A DNA stretch of 40,498 nt, from positions 1 to 40,498 of the forward strand of contig JBBDYA010000028.1 in the NCBI GenBank assembly GCA_040902005.1, read 5' to 3'. The notes below the pieces were generated by a model. That model was not told where the DNA came from and did no database searches. It saw nothing but the letters and a program-made list of their open reading frames with translations. The number at the start of each line of letters is the position of its first letter. The first letter of the stretch is position 1. Of the stretch, positions 20,964 to 30,100 are shown piece after piece. A program made the position numbers and the translations under genes. This DNA is from Gemmatimonadaceae bacterium (GTDB taxonomy: Bacteria > Gemmatimonadota > Gemmatimonadetes > Gemmatimonadales > Gemmatimonadaceae).

Positions 20964-22721
20964 ATGATTCGCAACCTGATGCGTTACGGGTCGCTCGCAG
21001 GGGTTCTGGTTGGCCTCGCCGCGTGTGATCTGGACGTGAGCAATCCAAACGATCCGGGCACCGCCGAAGTTTTGGCGACCCCGGCCGACGCCGAGGCACT
21101 GCTTGGTAGCTACTACAAGCGTTGGCACGCCGGCATGTACTCCAGCAGCATCAATGTCGACGGCATGGCTGCCGTGCAGTCGTTCGAGAACTACTCGAGT
21201 CTGGCGAACAGCTGCCAGAACCAGCGCGGGCCCATTCCCCGCCCGGCCAACAACAACTCGATCGGCAACTCGTGTTCGGGCGAGCAGTCGCGCGTCTACT
21301 TCATTCAGGGCGAAGTCGCGCGTGTGGCCTCGAACATCCTCAACCAACTCAACGACCCGGCGTTCGCCCTGGGCAGCGCGGCGCGGAAGCTTCGCGCCCA
21401 GGCGTTCGCGGAGTTCCTCCGCGGACTGTCGCACGGCTACGTCGCGCTGACCTACGACCAGGGCGCGGTGATGACTGCCGGCTTGGCCGGCGACGATCCG
21501 GGCGTACTCGTGCCGTACACGGAAGTGATGGACGCGGCGTTGGTCGCGTTCGACAACGCCATCGCCCACGCCACGGCCTCGGCTGCCGTGACGGGGGTCA
21601 GCGATGGCTTCCCGATTCCTACTGATTGGTATCCGACGACGAGCACCATGGACGTGCCGACGTTCATCCGTGTGGTACGCAGCTACAAGGCCCGATTCGG
21701 CGCCAATGTGGCGCGGACGCCGGCCGAGCGTGCTACTCCGCCGCTCACTGGCTACGGCTGGCCAGAGATTATTGCGGATGCCACCAACGGCATCACGGCG
21801 GACCACAACAACATCATGAGTACGACAGGCGGACCGCTCAATGCGTGGGTGGGCCTGTGGGCGGGCGCCGGTCTGTGGCACCAAATGCCGCCGTTCATCA
21901 TCGGCATGGCAGACCAGTCCGGTGCGTACGCCGCCTGGAGCTCTGTGCCCCTGGATTCCAGAGGGAACGTTGGTTCGTTCTTCATGGTCACAGCGGACCT
22001 GCGCTTTCCGCAGGGCGCCACACGGTTAGCCCAGCAGACGGACTTCAATAGGACGACGTGTGACGCCCCGTCCACGCGCTGCAAGCGTTACTACGTGAAC
22101 CGCCCCTCGGGCTCCGACCAGACCACCGGTTCTGCCTGGGGCATCTCGAACTACGACTACGTGATGGAAACGCGGTCGTGGAACCTTTCGGGTGCGAGCA
22201 CGGCGCGTAACGGTCCGCTGGTATTCATTCGCAAGGCCGAGATGGACCTGCTTGCGGCCGAGGGCCATATCCGCGCGGGCAACTACCCTGCGGCAGCCAC
22301 GCTGATCAACAACACGCGCACCGCCGGCATGGTCGCCGGTGTGGCGAGAGGCGGTGGGCTCGCGCCGGTGACGGGAGCCGCCAACGGCGGAGCAGCGCTG
22401 GCGACGGGTGGGGATTGCATTCCTCTCGTTCCGGTGAACGTCGGGATCAACGGCGGCACCACGGCCTGCGCTGGCGATCTGGCTGGCGATCGTGGCATCT
22501 TCGAGGCAATGAAGTACGAGAAGCGCCTCGAGACGCAGTTCAGCCATTTCGCCGCGTGGTTCCTGGATAGCAGAGGGTGGGGCGACCTGCCCAACGGAAC
22601 GCCGCTGTACTGGGCGGTGCCGTTTCAGGATCTCCAGGCGCGCCAGGCTGCGATTTACGACTCACCCGGGACGGGTGGTATCGCCGGATCGGCGCAGGTA
22701 AACTCAACCTACGGCTGGTAA
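20964..22721 (+). CDS. SusD/RagB-like surface lipoprotein
   Basis: LAAC lipobox then DLDVSNPN, directly after susC with AGGAG RBS, AEMDLLAAEG..AATLIN, YEKRLE, DSRGWG. Confidence 0.85.
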   Translation: MIRNLMRYGSLAGVLVGLAACDLDVSNPNDPGTAEVLATPADAEALLGSYYKRWHAGMYSSSINVDGMAAVQSFENYSSLANSCQNQRGPIPRPANNNSIGNSCSGEQSRVYFIQGEVARVASNILNQLNDPAFALGSAARKLRAQAFAEFLRGLSHGYVALTYDQGAVMTAGLAGDDPGVLVPYTEVMDAALVAFDNAIAHATASAAVTGVSDGFPIPTDWYPTTSTMDVPTFIRVVRSYKARFGANVARTPAERATPPLTGYGWPEIIADATNGITADHNNIMSTTGGPLNAWVGLWAGAGLWHQMPPFIIGMADQSGAYAAWSSVPLDSRGNVGSFFMVTADLRFPQGATRLAQQTDFNRTTCDAPSTRCKRYYVNRPSGSDQTTGSAWGISNYDYVMETRSWNLSGASTARNGPLVFIRKAEMDLLAAEGHIRAGNYPAAATLINNTRTAGMVAGVARGGGLAPVTGAANGGAALATGGDCIPLVPVNVGINGGTTACAGDLAGDRGIFEAMKYEKRLETQFSHFAAWFLDSRGWGDLPNGTPLYWAVPFQDLQARQAAIYDSPGTGGIAGSAQVNSTYGW

Positions 22722-22731
22722 GTCATTTCCG

Positions 22732-23202
22732 ATGCGGATGTCCCGGTTTGGTCTACTCGCACTCAGCGTTCTCTGCACGGGCTGCTTCACGCTGGAGCCC
22801 GCCGCAGGGGTTACGCCCGAGCCGGGCAACCGCTTGGCCTTGGACATCAACGACGTCGGGCGTGTTGCGCTCGGCGGCGTTGTGGGGCCGGAGATCGCCC
22901 AGATCGAGGGGCGGCTCATTGGAAAGGAGAACGACGAGTACCACATTGCCGTCAGCATGGTCCGGTTTCTACGCGGCGGCGAGCAGGTATGGGCTGGAGA
23001 GCGCATTCGTGTGCGATCCGAACACGTGGGAACCGTCTATGAACGCCGCTATTCACCCGGACGCTCAGTTGCTCTGGGCGTTGCCAGTCTCGGTGGCCTC
23101 ACCGCGATCATCCTGTCCCGTGACCTGCTCGGTTTGGGGAGCGGCGACAACGACGATGGGCCAGACCCGAAGCCGATCCCAACTGAACTCATCCGGCCCT
23201 GA
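22732..23202 (+). CDS. Hypothetical lipoprotein with a C-terminal hydrophobic helix
   Basis: CTGC lipobox-like signal, in operon 10 nt after susD. Confidence 0.75.
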   Translation: MRMSRFGLLALSVLCTGCFTLEPAAGVTPEPGNRLALDINDVGRVALGGVVGPEIAQIEGRLIGKENDEYHIAVSMVRFLRGGEQVWAGERIRVRSEHVGTVYERRYSPGRSVALGVASLGGLTAIILSRDLLGLGSGDNDDGPDPKPIPTELIRP

Positions 23203-23235
23203 CCGGCTATCACCCTCATGGAGTCTCTCATTCTC

Positions 23236-24123
23236 ATGCGACGCATACTCAAGCTCTCACTGACATGCCTGGCGGCCGGCGTCGTGACGGCGTGTGACAT
23301 CGAAACGGAAATCCTGACCGAGGCCATTCCCACGGCCGGCGTTCGTTTCATACACGCGGTGCCCGATACGGCGCTGATGGACTTCCGGTTCGTGGACATG
23401 GTGGAGAACAATCCCCACTTCAACATCGCGTTCCGGAACAATGTCGTGACCAGCCCGGCCGGCGTGGACGGCGTCCCGGCGTCCACGCTCGTCCAGTACA
23501 AGCCCGCTCGGGCCGGCTCGCGCCAGTTCAGGATCTTCATGAACGGCAACTGCACGGTGAATGCGTGCGACCAGAGCTATGCGTCGACGGTCGTGTTCGA
23601 TCAAACCGTGACGCTCACCGCGGGCAGCAACTACACGGCGATTGTCTGGGGTAACGCACGCGGTGGCGCTCCGGCGATGAGGCTGGACTTCTTCGAGGAG
23701 ACCGTTGCCGATCCGGGTACCAACGTCGCCCTTCGCGTGTTCAACGCAACTGGTAGCGCCATCGACGTGGCTGTGCTGACGGATGCAGGTGCCGCTCTGG
23801 CGACGCCCGTCAACTTTACGGCCGTGCCTGCGTTGAGCACCTCGGCCTATGCCACCACGGCCCCGGCCATCCTGCGATACAACGTGCAGCCGGCTGGCGG
23901 CGGTACCGCCCTGTTTGCCAACTCGCGCGCGCTGATGGGTGCTGCGGCTGTTACCGTCGCGCCTGGTCCGATCGACGCGGCTCCTGGTACGACCGTGGCC
24001 GGCTCAGCGGTGTCGGGGATCGTCTTCCCGCGCTCCGTGTCTGGCAGCCAGGCCCCGAACTTCACGACCCCGGCCATCTCGTTCGTCTGGGATCGTCGTC
24101 CACCCCGCCCGGCGGGCCTCTAG
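23236..24123 (+). CDS. DUF4397-like surface lipoprotein
   Basis: VTAC lipobox; VRFIHAVPD, LTAGSNYTAIVWG, LRVFNA repeated beta-sandwich motifs; start at ATG 23236. Confidence 0.75.
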   Translation: MRRILKLSLTCLAAGVVTACDIETEILTEAIPTAGVRFIHAVPDTALMDFRFVDMVENNPHFNIAFRNNVVTSPAGVDGVPASTLVQYKPARAGSRQFRIFMNGNCTVNACDQSYASTVVFDQTVTLTAGSNYTAIVWGNARGGAPAMRLDFFEETVADPGTNVALRVFNATGSAIDVAVLTDAGAALATPVNFTAVPALSTSAYATTAPAILRYNVQPAGGGTALFANSRALMGAAAVTVAPGPIDAAPGTTVAGSAVSGIVFPRSVSGSQAPNFTTPAISFVWDRRPPRPAGL

Positions 24124-24140
24124 GCAGTTCCATAGTCGAC

Positions 24141-24222
24141 TGTCATCCCGAGTGCAGCGAGGGATCCGCAGTTCTTGAGGTTTGAATTGCAGGTTCCTCG
24201 TCGCTGCGCGACTCGGAATGCA
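24141..24222. repeat. REP-like palindromic element, GTCATCCCGAG type (family C)
   Basis: TGTCATCCCGAGTGCAGCGAGGGATCCGCAGTTC ... GAATTGCAGGTTCCTCG-TCGCTGCGCGA-CTCGGAATGCA imperfect inverted repeat. Confidence 0.7.
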
Positions 24223-24236
24223 TTGTTCAAACGGTT

Positions 24237-24276
24237 CGGGCCGTCGAGCGAGTCCGCTCGGCGGCCCGTTTCCGTT
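24237..24276 (+). terminator. Probable intrinsic terminator after the sus operon
   Basis: CGGGCCGTCGAGCG-AGTC-CGCTCGGCGGCCCG followed by TTTCCGTT. Confidence 0.7.
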
Positions 24277-24309
24277 GCAGCGCTCTTGAGTTAGGCGTCA
24301 TGGAAGGGA

Positions 24310-25440
24310 ATGGGCAGTAGCAGAGTCGAGTCGCGGCCGGGCGCAGTCCGGGCCTCCATCATCTCCCCGGTCGCCGACCTGCTTCTTGTCGGGGGGCTGT
24401 CGCTGCTGGTGTTCGTCCCCCTGCTGCTCAGCGGCCGTGCCGACCTCCTGATCATCGGCGCCGGGGCGCAGGCCTGGCTGGCGACCACGATCAACATGCC
24501 CCACTTCATGGCATCGTACCGGATCGTGTATCGCAGCCGCGAAATGATCCTGAGACACAAATGGGCATCGATCTACATACCCGCAATCCTGCTCGCGTAC
24601 TGCGCGCTCACGCTCTGGCAAGCGGAGAGCGCTCCGGAACTCGCCTACATTCTCGTTGCGGTTGCGAGCGCATACCTGGCCTGGCACTACACCGGTCAGG
24701 TGTGGGGGATGATGGCATCGTACGCGTATCTGGATGGGCAACCGTTCGAGAGGACCGAGCGCCTCCTGATCCGCACGAGCCTGCGCATTCTGCTGGTCTG
24801 GCACGTCACGTGGTTCCTGTACACGCAGTTGCGCGACCCCACCAACGTGCGGCCGTTGTACCTGATCATCAGCTCTGGTACGATCGCGGCGCTTGTGCTC
24901 GGCGGGATCGGTCTCGCCAAAATGAAGCGCCGGACAGGCCGGGCACCGCCGGCTCGCGCACTCGTGGCCTGGCTGGCCCTCTTTGCCTGGTACGCGGTGC
25001 TGGCGCGGGATCCGCGGGCGCTCTTCTGGGTACAGATCGCACACGCGCTTCAGTACCTGGCGTTCCCCATTCGCGTGGAAATCAACCGCGCCACGAAGAC
25101 GACGGCTGCTGGCAGGCTGGCAACTCACATGGCGCTGTATGGCGTGGGCCTCCTGGTCGTGAGCTACCTGCTCGGTCAGGTGCTTCCCGCCACGGCGATG
25201 AGTGTCGTCGCCAATGTATTCGGTGAGGAGCCCGGCAAGGTGGTGCCGGTACTCATTCTCATGGTGATCAATATTCACCACTACTTTACGGACGGCGTCA
25301 TCTGGAAGATCAGCAATCCGGAGGTACGCAGGGAACTCTTTGCGCACGTTCTTCCGTCCGAGCATGCGGGCGTCCAACCTGCCGCTTCCGTGGCGGCTCC
25401 GGCGTATGCTCCCAAGGCAGGCAAAAAGGTGAAGCGATGA
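24310..25440 (+). CDS. Polytopic membrane protein of unknown function with four His-containing motifs
   Basis: About 9-10 hydrophobic segments; PHFMASY, WHYTGQVWG, AHALQY, IHHYFTDGVIWK; GGAAGGG RBS. Confidence 0.8.
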   Translation: MGSSRVESRPGAVRASIISPVADLLLVGGLSLLVFVPLLLSGRADLLIIGAGAQAWLATTINMPHFMASYRIVYRSREMILRHKWASIYIPAILLAYCALTLWQAESAPELAYILVAVASAYLAWHYTGQVWGMMASYAYLDGQPFERTERLLIRTSLRILLVWHVTWFLYTQLRDPTNVRPLYLIISSGTIAALVLGGIGLAKMKRRTGRAPPARALVAWLALFAWYAVLARDPRALFWVQIAHALQYLAFPIRVEINRATKTTAAGRLATHMALYGVGLLVVSYLLGQVLPATAMSVVANVFGEEPGKVVPVLILMVINIHHYFTDGVIWKISNPEVRRELFAHVLPSEHAGVQPAASVAAPAYAPKAGKKVKR

Positions 25441-26861
25441 AAACTGCAGGATATCTGGCCGCCATTGCTCTCCTCACGGCGTGCCGCCCCGCCCCCGAGC
25501 GCGATGCGCGGATCGTCTCCGAGTGGATGCACACCATGTACGGCGTGATGCGCGCTGAGCGCCTGTCACCTCCCGTGGCGTCTCGCGTGCTCACGTACTC
25601 GACCAGCGCGCTGTATTCCGGTCTTGCGGTGGACCATGCCGGGCTGCGGCCACTGTCCGGCGTGCTGAACGGGTTTCCAGAGCTGCCGACCGCCGAGCGA
25701 TCGCGAGACGTGGACGGCGCGATCGTCGCTGTAGCAGCCAATCGAGTCGTGCTGGACTCCCTGCTTCGGGAAGCGCTACCGACGACGCGGTCAGCGCTCC
25801 GGCGCCTGGCGGATTCCCTGGAGAACGCGCGGGTCGCCGCGGGAGTGGCCGACGACATGCGCGCCCGGTCGGTGGACCTCGGCGGGCGCATGGGCCTGGC
25901 CATCGTCGCGTGGTCGCGCACGGACGGCTTCGACCAGACCCGCGGCCGCGCCTACGCGGCGCCGTCGGGGCCGGCATACTGGGTGAACGACGCACCCGCC
26001 AGCGTGTACGCATCGCAGAACATGTCGGGTGCGAGCGAGTTATTGGAGTTCAACAATCCCGCCAATGTCCTCCAGGCGGGCAAGGCGAGCGATCGCGGGC
26101 TGGTGCTCAACCGTCCGAAAGCCGCCGGATCCACGATTCCGGCCGTGAACATGGCAGGCACGTCCGAGCCGTACTGGGGAGAGGTTCGTCCCTTCGCCCT
26201 GGCCGCGTGGAACGAATGCACAGTTCCGGCGCCGCCGGCGTACTCGACGGACACCACGTCGGAGCTCTACCAACACGCGCTCGAAGTGTATTCGGTCAGG
26301 CAGATGCTCACGCCGGAGAATCGGACGACCGCGCTGTACTGGGCGGACAATCCGGGAGAATCCGGCACACCGGTGGGGCACTGGATCGGCATCGCGAGCC
26401 AGATGGTGAGCCAGCACAAGCTCTCCCCCGCCGACGCCGCGAGACTCATGGTGCTGACGTCCGCCGCGCAGGCGGATGCGTTCATCGCGTCGTGGGGATA
26501 CAAGTACGCGTTCAGCCTCATCCGTCCACGCACGTACATTCGGCGGGTCATCGACTCCACGTGGGAACCGCTCATCCCCACACCGCCATTCCCGGAGTAT
26601 CCATCCGGTCACTCGACGCAGTCGTCCGCGGCCGCCGAGGCGATCACGTCGCTGCTGGGCGTGCGGGCGTTCGACGACAGCAGCAGCAAGATCATCGGCC
26701 ACGACGTGCGTCGCTTCGATTCCTTCGCCCAGGCGGCCGAGGAGGCGGGCATGTCCCGCATCTACGGGGGCATCCACTTTCCGTTCGGCAACACCGCGGG
26801 CCGAGCGTTGGGGCAGTGCATCGGCGCGAAGGTCGTCGGGCGGTACAACTCTCCAAGGTAA
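25437..26861 (+). CDS. Vanadium-dependent haloperoxidase / PAP2-superfamily lipoprotein
   Basis: LTAC lipobox; SPPVASR, EPYWGEVRPF, active-site motifs K-x6-RP (KYAFSLIRP), TPPFPEYPSGHS, SRIYGGIHF. Confidence 0.88.
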   Translation: MKTAGYLAAIALLTACRPAPERDARIVSEWMHTMYGVMRAERLSPPVASRVLTYSTSALYSGLAVDHAGLRPLSGVLNGFPELPTAERSRDVDGAIVAVAANRVVLDSLLREALPTTRSALRRLADSLENARVAAGVADDMRARSVDLGGRMGLAIVAWSRTDGFDQTRGRAYAAPSGPAYWVNDAPASVYASQNMSGASELLEFNNPANVLQAGKASDRGLVLNRPKAAGSTIPAVNMAGTSEPYWGEVRPFALAAWNECTVPAPPAYSTDTTSELYQHALEVYSVRQMLTPENRTTALYWADNPGESGTPVGHWIGIASQMVSQHKLSPADAARLMVLTSAAQADAFIASWGYKYAFSLIRPRTYIRRVIDSTWEPLIPTPPFPEYPSGHSTQSSAAAEAITSLLGVRAFDDSSSKIIGHDVRRFDSFAQAAEEAGMSRIYGGIHFPFGNTAGRALGQCIGAKVVGRYNSPR

Positions 26862-27000
26862 ACACGCGGAGGGCGCGGATTACGCGGGGGACGCGGATGA
26901 CGCGGATGACGCGGCCGCGGCGGTCGAGTCTCTTTCGCCAAATCACCAAGGAATTAAATCCGTTGATTCTTCCGTAACTTCCGTGGCTTGTATCCGCGCT
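26861..27000. repeat. CGCGG(A/G) 9-bp-period repeat element related to family A
   Basis: ACGCGGAGGGCGCGGATTACGCGGGGGACGCGGATGACGCGGATGACGCGG resembles the reverse complement of 33795-33848; degenerate TCCGT/TCCGC arm at 26958-26998. Confidence 0.6.
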
Positions 27001-27040
27001 AAACAGCCGCTCGCTTTGACTCTACCAGAGCGGTCAGTCA

Positions 27041-27105
27041 ATGCGAACCACGGAGGGGTCATCGCCACCCACGGTCCTCCGTGCCCTCCGAGCCCTCCGT
27101 GGTTC
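27041..27105 (+). repeat. Family A element copy 2 (internally shortened)
   Basis: ATGCGAACCACGGAGG-GGTCATCGCCACCCACGGTCCTCCGTGCCCTCCGAGCCCTCCGTGGTTC matches both ends of copies 1 and 3. Confidence 0.8.
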
Positions 27106-27162
27106 AGACGTTGGACCCACTTTCCGAACTGTTTCACCCACTGTTTTCCCCAAAGAGCCCTC

Positions 27163-30100
27163 ATGATGAACCAGCATGCGATCTGCGGCTTACTCGTGCT
27201 TGCCGTGGCGTGCGGTGAAGCGAAGGGGCCGGGGCCGTGGAACCAGGAAGCCGGCTATCGGTGGCGCGAGTTGCACGTGGCGCGTGGCGAGCCGGGGTTC
27301 ACCCCCATGCGCGGACGCGCGGGCGTGCGCTTCATGAACACCGTGAGCGACTCGGTGCTGGTGGGCAATCGCATTCTTGGCCAGGGCGCTGGGGTATCGC
27401 TCGGTGATGTGGACGGCGACGGGTTGCCGGACATATTCCTCGCCCGCACGGAGGGGTGCAATGCACTCTTCCGGAACCTGGGGGGGGGGGGCTGGCGCTT
27501 CGAGGACATCACGGAGCGCGCCGGAGTGGGCGCGTGCGACCGGTACTCGACGGGCAGCGCGTTCGTGGACGTGGATGGCGATGGTGACCTGGACCTGATC
27601 CTGCTGGCGACCACGGGGCCGAACGCCATTTTCGTCAACGACGGCACCGGTGCGTTCACCGAGCGTCGCGACCTGGGGCTCGACACCACGGGTCGAGGCG
27701 GCACGACGATCGCCATGGCCGACGTGGACGGGAACGGCAGGCTGGACCTGTACGTCGCGAACTATAAGGCGTGGAACATCGACGACAGCATCCCACCGCA
27801 GCGCCGCGCGCCGAACCAGATCGTGCGCCAGGTGGGGCCCAACGCCTTCGAAGTCGTGCCCGAGCACCGCGCCCACTACAAGATCGTGATGCGCCCGGAC
27901 ATGGGTGGCCTGCGCATGACGACCCGCGCGGAGCCGGGCGACTTCTATCAGAACGTGGACGGCCGATTTGTGCGCGTGCCGCTCACGGCTGGCCGATTCA
28001 CGGACGCCGATGGCCGCCGAACCAGCGAGGAGCCCGAATCCTTTTCGCTGGCGGCCAGGTTCGCCGACCTGAACGGGGATGGCGCCCCGGACCTGTACGT
28101 GGCGAACGACTTCGAGGACATGGACGAACTGTGGTTCAACGACGGACGCGGGAATTTCCGGCGCGCCGACTGGAGATCCCAGCGGCAGATGAGCAATTCA
28201 TCCATGGGGGTGGACGTTGCCGACGTGGACGGGGACGGCAGGCTGGACCTGTTCGTCACGGACATGCTGAGCGACGACACCCGCCGGCTGAAGACACAGA
28301 TCCCCACGCATACGGCCCTCCCGAAACAGGTGGGCGACGTGGAATCGCAGCTCCAGCAGCAGCGCAATACGCTGTTCCTGAACCGAGGCGACGGCACGTT
28401 CCGCGAGGCGGGACTCTATGCCGGGGTGCAGGCGAGCGGCTGGTCGTGGGGAACGGTGCTCGCCGACGTGGACCTGGACGGGTGGCAGGACATCCTCATC
28501 GCCAACGGCCATCTGTGGGACATCATGGACGCGGATACCCACGAACGGCTCAGCCTTCGTCTGACGGGAGACGTGCACTGGCAGCGGCTGCGGTGGGAGT
28601 TTCCCAGACTTCCCTTGAAGAACGTTGCGTTCCGCAATCGCGGGGACATGACGTTCGAGGACAGGAGTAGTGCGTGGGGCTTTGGCCTGGAAGAGGACAT
28701 CTCGCATGCAATCGCCCTCGCTGATCTGGACGGTGACGGAGATCTCGACGTCGTGGTGAACCGACTCGGCGCGCCCGCGCTGGTGTTGCGCAACAACGCC
28801 TCGGCGCCGCGCATCGCGGTACGCCTGGTGGGCGACGCGCCCAACACCAGAGCGGTGGGCGCCACCATCCGGTTGTCGGGAGGCGCCGCGCCGATCCAGG
28901 TGCGCGAGGTGGCCGTGGGCGGCCTGTACATGTCGCACAGCGACTATGAGGCCTCCTTCGGCATGGGAACGTCCGACAGCGCCACGCTTGTGGTGGACTG
29001 GCGTGACGGTCGCCGGACCGTGATCGGCAATGTTCAGCCGAACCGACTGTACGAGATCACGACGGCCGTTCCCGGCACGGATACGGCCCCGGGTCCGGTA
29101 CAGCTCGCGGCCGCGCCCGACCCCGCGGCAGTGCTCTTCCAGGACGTGACGGCGATGCTTGGCGGTCATACGCACGTCGATCCGGAATACGATGACTGGG
29201 CGCGCCAGCTCCTGTTGCCCAACTCCCTGTCGCGACTGGGGCCGGGAGTGGCGTGGTTCGACTACGACCGTAACGGGTATGAGGACCTCATTGTCGGAAC
29301 AGGCCGAAGCGGTCGCCTTGGCGTCTTTCGCAACATCGGCGGACGCCCCGCGGCGGCGGCGGTGCGGGCGCCCGTTGCCGACGCGGACTTCACCAGCGTC
29401 CTCGGGCTGGCGGGTGTCGCAGGGTCGCGGCTGCTGATCGGCGTCTCGAGCTGGGAGGGAGCAACGAATGTCCCGTCGGCGCTGTCCCTCGACGCCGGGG
29501 CTGGCGGCATTCAGTCGCCGGAGCCGCTGCTTCCCGCGCAGGACGCGGCCACCGGTCCGATGGCACTCGGCGACTATGACGGCGACGGCACGCCGGACCT
29601 GTTCGTCGGCGGCCGGGCGATACCGGGGCAATATCCGCGCAGCGCATCATCGCGGCTCTACCGGAACGTTGGGGGGCGGTTCGTTCTCGATTCGGCGAAC
29701 TCCGACGTGTTGCGTGACATCGGACTGGTTTCCGCGGCGTCGTTCACGGATGTTGACGGCGACGGCGACGCGGACCTGCTGGTCGCGCGCGAGTGGGATT
29801 CCGTTCTGCTCCTCCTGAACGATGGCGGGACACTTCGGCCGGCGCCTGCCACGTACGGATTCAGCCGATGGACGGGCCGGTGGACCGGCCTTGCCACCGG
29901 CGATCTCGATGGTGATGGGCGGCTCGACTTCATCGCGACGGGATGGGGGCGCAACACCATGATGCAGGCGGACAGCGCGCGGCCCCTGGTATTGCTGCAC
30001 GGCCCCTTTGCCGCCGCCGGCGTCGAGGCAATGCTCGTGGCGCGCGAGGATCGAAGGATTGGGGGATTGGCTCCGCTCAACAGCTACCCTCGCGTGCGAA

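Noticed and set aside
26476..27162. 229-aa N-terminal extension of the 1457-aa ORF
   Set aside because: Overlaps the VHPO gene out of frame and runs through repeat DNA; the lipoprotein signal begins at ATG 27163
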